IMG/VR virus record: IMGVR_UViG_3300021961_000627 | Location: 1-24,038 of that record | Source of the DNA: a virus | Taxonomy: Duplodnaviria; Caudoviricetes | Reading direction: 5' to 3' (one strand) | DNA: 24,038 nt | Part shown: piece after piece, positions 18,983 through 24,038 of the stretch | Position numbering within the stretch: position 1 is the first letter of the stretch | How the letters are laid out: every line of letters starts with the position of its first letter | Position numbers and translations under genes: made by a program | Notes under the pieces: model-generated | The model's database searches: none | Told to the model about the DNA's origin: nothing | The model's input: the letters and a program-made list of their open reading frames with translations, nothing else

Positions 18983-19066
18983 TTTGGTAATATTTCCTTA
19001 TCTTTACTCTATTTATTTCTTTCATTATGTGCTATTATAATAAATATTAGGAGAACTATCTAAAAC
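18983..19066. promoter_or_regulatory. Divergent promoter region between the baseplate operon and gp55
   Basis: Minus strand has AATAAATA at 19017-19010 then an AAGGAA RBS before the 18982 ATG. Plus strand has an extended -10 TGTG-C-TATTAT (19028-19038), TATAAT (19036-19041), AATAAATA (19039-19046) and RBS AGGAGA (19049-19054). Confidence 0.65.
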
Positions 19067-19903
19067 ATGCAAAAAATTAAATATCTTACAAACAAAGACC
19101 TATTGGCAGAGATACACCGCAGTAAAAACACATTTTGCTCATTCGTAGACGAAGAATACCATCAATATGACATTATTCTGCCAAACCTAGAAAAAATTAA
19201 CATAAGAACCATAGCAGAAGCAAAAAGGAATCGTGCTGCTAGATTGGCTAAACAAAATCACGAAGCAGCCGTAGAGGCAGCAGGTAAAAAGATTCCAGCA
19301 AAACAGTTTGAAATTGATTATCGAAAAATGGAAAAAACGGATTTAATTTTCCGCATAATGACATTTGAACACATTCCAGAGGACAGTACAAGAAAGAAAA
19401 CCAAAAAAAGCACAGCAGATAGGCACGTTAAGGTTAACTTTCCCCCATTCCAACATTGGAAATTTGATGCCAAGGACAACCTAGTGTGCGTTGGCAAGAG
19501 CCATTGGGACGGCGGAATGGAAAATGGACAGTTTGCTCTCAAAAAAGGGCAGATGACTAATGACCTTGCTAGAATGTTTATGAAACTGTGCGATCGCTAT
19601 GCTACCCGTGGTAACGTGAGAGGATACACTTACAATGACGAAATGAAAGGACAAGCAATACTACAACTTGCTCAAATTGGTTTACAGTTTGATGAGTCTA
19701 AAAGCAACAACCCGTTTGCTTACTACACAGCAGCAGTCACTAACTCGTTTGTGCGTATTATTAACATTGAAAAACGCAATCAAAACATTAGAGACGATAT
19801 TCTCGAAATGAACGGCATGAATCCTAGTTGGTCTAGACAGGAATCGGGTCGGAATAATGGAATGGAAGCACCCAGGACTACTGATAAAAAATCCGAAGAA
19901 TAA
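19067..19903 (+). CDS. gp55: Late-transcription sigma factor, T4 gp55-like
   Basis: N-terminal YLTNKDLLAEI and core LARMFMKLCDRYATRGNVRGYTYNDEMKGQAILQL..IGLQFDESKSNNPFAYYTAAVTNSFVRIINIEKR. Precedes gp47-gp46 as in T4-like phages. Confidence 0.9.
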   Translation: MQKIKYLTNKDLLAEIHRSKNTFCSFVDEEYHQYDIILPNLEKINIRTIAEAKRNRAARLAKQNHEAAVEAAGKKIPAKQFEIDYRKMEKTDLIFRIMTFEHIPEDSTRKKTKKSTADRHVKVNFPPFQHWKFDAKDNLVCVGKSHWDGGMENGQFALKKGQMTNDLARMFMKLCDRYATRGNVRGYTYNDEMKGQAILQLAQIGLQFDESKSNNPFAYYTAAVTNSFVRIINIEKRNQNIRDDILEMNGMNPSWSRQESGRNNGMEAPRTTDKKSEE

Positions 19904-19908
19904 TAGAC

Positions 19909-19948
19909 TTGACAAAACACCTAAAGTTAGTTACAATAACATAAGGAG
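19909..19948 (+). promoter_or_regulatory. Sigma70-type early promoter and RBS for the gp47-gp46 operon
   Basis: TTGACA (19909-19914), a 17-bp spacer, TACAAT (19932-19937), then AAGGAG (19943-19948) five bases before the ATG at 19954. Confidence 0.85.
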
Positions 19949-19953
19949 TAAAA

Positions 19954-20964
19954 ATGCCGTTATTTAAGAAAGCAGCCTGCTTTACAGACATTCACTTTGG
20001 AATGAAGAGTGGCAGCAGGACACACAACATAGATTGTGAAGATTTTGTTAAATGGTTTTGCGAAGAAGCAAAAGCCGCTGGTGCTGAGACCTGTATCTTT
20101 TTAGGAGACTGGCACCATAACCGTGCGACCACTGACGTCAGCACGATGAACTATACTGTTTCCAATTTAGAAAGACTCAACGAAACATTTGAAAAAACGT
20201 ATTTCATGGTTGGTAATCATGACTTGTTCTACAAGGACAAGCGTGAAATTAATTCCATTGAATTCATGCGACTGTTTCCTAACATCGTACCCATCACTAA
20301 AATATTCACAGAAGATGACGTAACACTGCTTCCGTGGTTGGTTGGAGAAGAATGGAAGACCGTGAAGGATATCAAATCAAGATACGTGTTTGGACACTTT
20401 GAACTTCCATACTTTAAGATGAACGCTATGGTAGAAATGCCGGATCATGGTGAACTACAACCGGATCACTTTGTGAATCAGGAGTATGTATTCTCAGGAC
20501 ACTTCCATAAAAGACAAACCAAGGGCAACGTAACATACATTGGTAACGCATTTCCACACAACTATGCAGATGCGTGGGACGACGAGCGTGGTATGATGAC
20601 ACTCGAGTGGGGTGGAACTCCTGAATACAAGACTTGGCCAGGGCAACCTGTCTATAGGACATTTAAACTTTCACAACTTTTAGAAAAGCCAGAAGAACAT
20701 CTAAGAGAAAAGATGCATGCTCGTGTAACCATCGACGTGCAGATTACATTTGAAGAAGCAAACTTTATCAAGGAACAATTCATTCCGCAGTTTAATCTGC
20801 GTGAACTCATGCTGATTCCAGAAAAGGTGGATGTGGAATCAAACATTGATCCTATTGATCTTTCGTTTGAAAGTGTTGATACTATTGTAATGAATCAAAT
20901 AGAACAATTAGACAGCGAAACGTATGACAAGCGTATGCTAACGGAGATTTATCGCGACCTATGA
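19954..20964 (+). CDS. gp47: Recombination endonuclease subunit, Mre11/SbcD-like
   Basis: Metallophosphoesterase motifs FTDIHFG, LGDWHH, VGNHD, FGHFE and SGHFH. Coupled to the Rad50-like gene by an ATGA overlap. Confidence 0.93.
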   Translation: MPLFKKAACFTDIHFGMKSGSRTHNIDCEDFVKWFCEEAKAAGAETCIFLGDWHHNRATTDVSTMNYTVSNLERLNETFEKTYFMVGNHDLFYKDKREINSIEFMRLFPNIVPITKIFTEDDVTLLPWLVGEEWKTVKDIKSRYVFGHFELPYFKMNAMVEMPDHGELQPDHFVNQEYVFSGHFHKRQTKGNVTYIGNAFPHNYADAWDDERGMMTLEWGGTPEYKTWPGQPVYRTFKLSQLLEKPEEHLREKMHARVTIDVQITFEEANFIKEQFIPQFNLRELMLIPEKVDVESNIDPIDLSFESVDTIVMNQIEQLDSETYDKRMLTEIYRDL

Positions 20965-22739
20965 TCAAGATTAAAAATATAACAGTTAAAAATTTCATGA
21001 GCGTGGGCAATCAAACCCAGGCAATTGATTTTGACAAGGGTGAACTAACTCTTGTCTTGGGTGAAAACCTTGACTTAGGCGGTGACGATAGTGGTTCCAG
21101 AAACGGCACTGGTAAGACAACTATTGTCAACGCACTGAGTTATGCAATCTACGGCAACGCACTAACAAACATCAAGCGTGATAACCTTATCAATAAAATT
21201 AATGGCAAGGGCATGCTTGTTACCATAGAATTTGAAAAGGACGGTATTGAATACAGCATACACAGGGGCAGAAAACCCAACATATTAAAGTTTACTGTCA
21301 ACGGAACTGAGCAGGAACCAACTGATCAAGATGAAGCACAGGGTGACAGCAGAGAAACACAAAAGGCCATCGAAGATTTATTTGGAATGAGCCATGATAT
21401 GTTCAAGCACATTCTTGCGCTAAACACCTACACTGAACCTTTCCTATCAATGAAGGGCAATGATCAGCGAATGATTATTGAACAACTGTTGGGTATCACT
21501 CTGCTTTCCGAAAAGGCAGAAGCATTGAAAGAAAAAATGCGCCTTAACAGAGATGCCATCACGACTGAAAACACAAGAATAGAAACTGTCAAGGCTTCGA
21601 ACGAAAGAATACAACAGAATATTGAAAGCCTTGAGCGCAAACAGCGAATGTGGGAAGATAGCAAACAACAGTCCGTTGCAGAATTGGAACAGAGCATTGC
21701 TGTCCTAGAAAAGATTAACATTGAAGCAGAGATTGAAGCACACAAGTGCTGGGAAAACTTCAACGACAAGAAAAGAAAGTTAGAAGAAGCACAGCGTTGG
21801 ATGGCGAGCATTACTGCTGACAACGAGAAGCAGGAAAAACTAATTTCTAAACTTAAAAAAGAATTAGAATCCATTGACAAGCACGAATGTTATGCTTGCG
21901 GACAGGAAATTCATGACAACAAGCAGGTAGAAATTAGAAAACAGAAGGAAGAAATGTTGCAGGAAGCAGCATTACAACTGTTAACTAATGATACACAATA
22001 CCAAGAACACTCAAAAGTTGTAAGTGACATCGGAGAATTGGAAAACTGTCCGGTAACGCAGTATGATAGTGTGGAAGAAGCATACAATCACCGTAACACC
22101 GTTGAGAGTTTACAAAAAGAATTGGTTAAGAAGTCTGCTGAGGAGAATCCATATCTTGAACAGATTAAGGATCTGCAGGAAACTGCAATACAGGAAGTTA
22201 GTTTTGACACGCTAAATGATCTAACCAAGGTCAAGGAACACATGGACTTCCTATACAAACTGCTTACAAACAAGGATTCTTTTGTGCGTAAGAAGATCAT
22301 TGAACAGAACCTAGCATACTTGAATCAGCGTTTGACTTATTATCTTGCTAAGGTAGGATTACCGCACATTGTTGAATTTCAGAACGATTTAACGGTCACA
22401 ATTACACAACTAGGACAGGACTTAGACTTTGATAACCTCAGTAGAGGAGAACGAAATAGGCTCATTTTAAGTTTAAGTTGGGCGTTCCGTGACGTTTGGG
22501 AAAGCCTGTATCATGCAATCAACTTATTGTTTATTGACGAGTTAGTGGATAGTGGTATGGACAGTGCTGGTGTTGAAAGTTCCATTGGTATTCTTAAGAA
22601 GATGACACGTGAAAGAAATAAGAACGTGTTCCTAATTTCGCACAGAGACGATCTAGCAGGTCGTGTTAATCACGTGCTGAAAGTTATTAAGGAGAATGGA
22701 TTTACTTCATATTCAAATGATGTTGAAATAGTACAATGA
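20961..22739 (+). CDS. gp46: Recombination ATPase subunit, Rad50/SbcC-like
   Basis: KNFMSVGN, Walker A NGTGKTT, coiled coil with CxxC hook (CYAC), signature LSRGE, Walker B LLFIDE, D-loop and H-loop ISHR. Confidence 0.93.
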   Translation: MIKIKNITVKNFMSVGNQTQAIDFDKGELTLVLGENLDLGGDDSGSRNGTGKTTIVNALSYAIYGNALTNIKRDNLINKINGKGMLVTIEFEKDGIEYSIHRGRKPNILKFTVNGTEQEPTDQDEAQGDSRETQKAIEDLFGMSHDMFKHILALNTYTEPFLSMKGNDQRMIIEQLLGITLLSEKAEALKEKMRLNRDAITTENTRIETVKASNERIQQNIESLERKQRMWEDSKQQSVAELEQSIAVLEKINIEAEIEAHKCWENFNDKKRKLEEAQRWMASITADNEKQEKLISKLKKELESIDKHECYACGQEIHDNKQVEIRKQKEEMLQEAALQLLTNDTQYQEHSKVVSDIGELENCPVTQYDSVEEAYNHRNTVESLQKELVKKSAEENPYLEQIKDLQETAIQEVSFDTLNDLTKVKEHMDFLYKLLTNKDSFVRKKIIEQNLAYLNQRLTYYLAKVGLPHIVEFQNDLTVTITQLGQDLDFDNLSRGERNRLILSLSWAFRDVWESLYHAINLLFIDELVDSGMDSAGVESSIGILKKMTRERNKNVFLISHRDDLAGRVNHVLKVIKENGFTSYSNDVEIVQ

Positions 22740-23365
22740 CCATAATAGTTCGTGATGATATCTTTACCGATGCTGAAAAAAACGATATAGAAAAATATCT
22801 AACTGGGGATTTTCCTTGGCATCTCGGCGAAGGACACGAAAACACAGCAGGTCAGGAACTTTTAAATCATTTTAAGGAAAATAATCCAATATTTGAACAC
22901 TTCCAGCTCTGTCACGGAGCAATACTTGATGGAAAAATTAATTCTCCGTTCAGCGAATTGTTTCTCGAGATGAACAAACGATTTGAAAAAGCGTTTGAAA
23001 TAACAGGAACCTTACAGAGAGTCAAAGCAAATCTACAACCTAAAGTTTATACAGATTTAGAAAATTGTTTTAATACTCCACACATTGATAATCTACTTCC
23101 CCATTGGGTGTTGCTTTACTATGTTAATGATGCAGACGGTGATACTTTTATTTTTGATAACGAAATAAGCAAGGATGGCTTTGATTGGAACAATAAAGTG
23201 TATTATGATCCTAGCCAATACCCAAAACATCTTAGCATCAGCAAAAGAATAGAACCAAGAAAGGGCAGGACTGTAATGTTTGATGGTAAATTTTTACATG
23301 CAGGCATGCATCCTAGAAATGCAGATTATAGAATTGTTATAAACTTTAACATAGAGAAAGCATGA
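22736..23365 (+). CDS. 2-oxoglutarate/Fe(II)-dependent oxygenase superfamily protein
   Basis: HxD (PHID), VLLYYVNDADGDT, PRKGRTVMFDGKFLHAG (distal His) and RIVINFN (2OG-binding Arg). Confidence 0.8.
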   Translation: MTIIVRDDIFTDAEKNDIEKYLTGDFPWHLGEGHENTAGQELLNHFKENNPIFEHFQLCHGAILDGKINSPFSELFLEMNKRFEKAFEITGTLQRVKANLQPKVYTDLENCFNTPHIDNLLPHWVLLYYVNDADGDTFIFDNEISKDGFDWNNKVYYDPSQYPKHLSISKRIEPRKGRTVMFDGKFLHAGMHPRNADYRIVINFNIEKA

Positions 23366-23619
23366 GTACTGATTCACATGATCAAATGATAGAAGCGTTC
23401 CAAAACTACTTCAAGTGGCAGGAACGTTTTGAATACAAGGAATCAGACGAGGCAGGAATAAAGGCAAGATTTTGGCTAAGTGAAATAAGAAGGCACGCAA
23501 GCACACGCAGATTAGAAATCCAAAATAAGAGATCAGATAGGAAGGAAGCCAGAAAAGGCATGGTGGGTCGACCGTCGAAAGTAAGTAAGACTGATGACGA
23601 CTCACAAATGGACACATAA
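23362..23619 (+). CDS. Small basic helical protein, histone H1-like Hc1-type (putative)
   Basis: FEYKESDEAGIKARFWLSEIRRHASTRRLEIQNKR resembles the Hc1-family pattern F..KGNKAAG.RAR..L.E....A...R.EIQ. Followed by an R/K-rich tail. Confidence 0.5.
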   Translation: MSTDSHDQMIEAFQNYFKWQERFEYKESDEAGIKARFWLSEIRRHASTRRLEIQNKRSDRKEARKGMVGRPSKVSKTDDDSQMDT

Positions 23620-24028
23620 TAACAAAATTGTTGATGAAATTCCGGAGGGATGCATTGGCTTTGTCTATTTGATCACAAATCTCACAAACGGGCGAAAATA
23701 CATAGGCAAGAAACTTGCTCAATTCAAAAAAACTAGACCACCTTTAAAAGGCAGAAAAAATAAAAGACGTTCAACAGTTGAAAGCGATTGGAGAGACTAT
23801 TGGGGCTCCTCGGACAATCTTCTGGAAGACGTTGCAAAACTAGGCGAAGAAAAGTTTACAAGAGAAATTCTTCACTATTGTCCAAGCAAAGGCGTACTAA
23901 GTTATCTAGAGGCAAAGGAACAGTTTGATCGCAGGGTGCTGGAAACAGACGATTATTACAATGGAATAATCAACGTGCGAGTGGGCGGTTCCAAAATTCT
24001 AAAAGAACACCTCAAAAAAATACTCTAA
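23594..24028 (+). CDS. Stand-alone GIY-YIG (Seg-like) endonuclease domain protein
   Basis: GFVYLITNLTNGRKYIGKK, YWGSS, FTREILHYC, YLEAKEQ (catalytic Glu) and YYN. No appended DNA-binding domain. Confidence 0.8.
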   Translation: MTTHKWTHNNKIVDEIPEGCIGFVYLITNLTNGRKYIGKKLAQFKKTRPPLKGRKNKRRSTVESDWRDYWGSSDNLLEDVAKLGEEKFTREILHYCPSKGVLSYLEAKEQFDRRVLETDDYYNGIINVRVGGSKILKEHLKKIL

Positions 24029-24038
24029 GGCAGCAACA

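Noticed and set aside
19318-23722. Minus-strand ORFs opposite gp55, gp47, gp46 and the last genes
   Set aside because: They are antisense shadows with no motifs.
23594-24028. Intron-encoded homing endonuclease
   Set aside because: There is no interrupted host gene or non-coding flank upstream, and the gene overlaps its neighbour. Downstream context is outside the window.

Overview
Fragment of a large T4-like (myovirus, probably jumbo-type) phage genome in standard genetic code 11, almost fully coding and organised as two divergent arms around an 84-bp control region (18983-19066). The minus arm is a tail/baseplate operon: gp48/gp54-like tube initiator, gp53 (LysM), gp27-like hub, gp5-like spike lacking lysozyme, gp25, an enlarged gp6 wedge, and then a giant ORF (start 9289, at least 3096 codons, running off the left edge) that the ORF track omits because it has no stop in the window. 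By hand translation this giant protein is a mosaic: a cupredoxin-like domain lacking its copper ligands, six CBM5/12-like modules, and a 7-bladed FG-GAP (integrin-alpha-like) propeller with modules nested in its loops. It is the most interesting element and may be a baseplate-fused multivalent adhesin. The plus arm encodes the gp55 late sigma factor (with a large insertion), gp47/gp46 (Mre11/Rad50), a 2OG-Fe(II) oxygenase, a small Hc1-like basic protein and a stand-alone GIY-YIG nuclease. No RNA genes, CRISPR arrays or IS elements were seen. All family assignments rest on motif recognition and synteny, not database searches.
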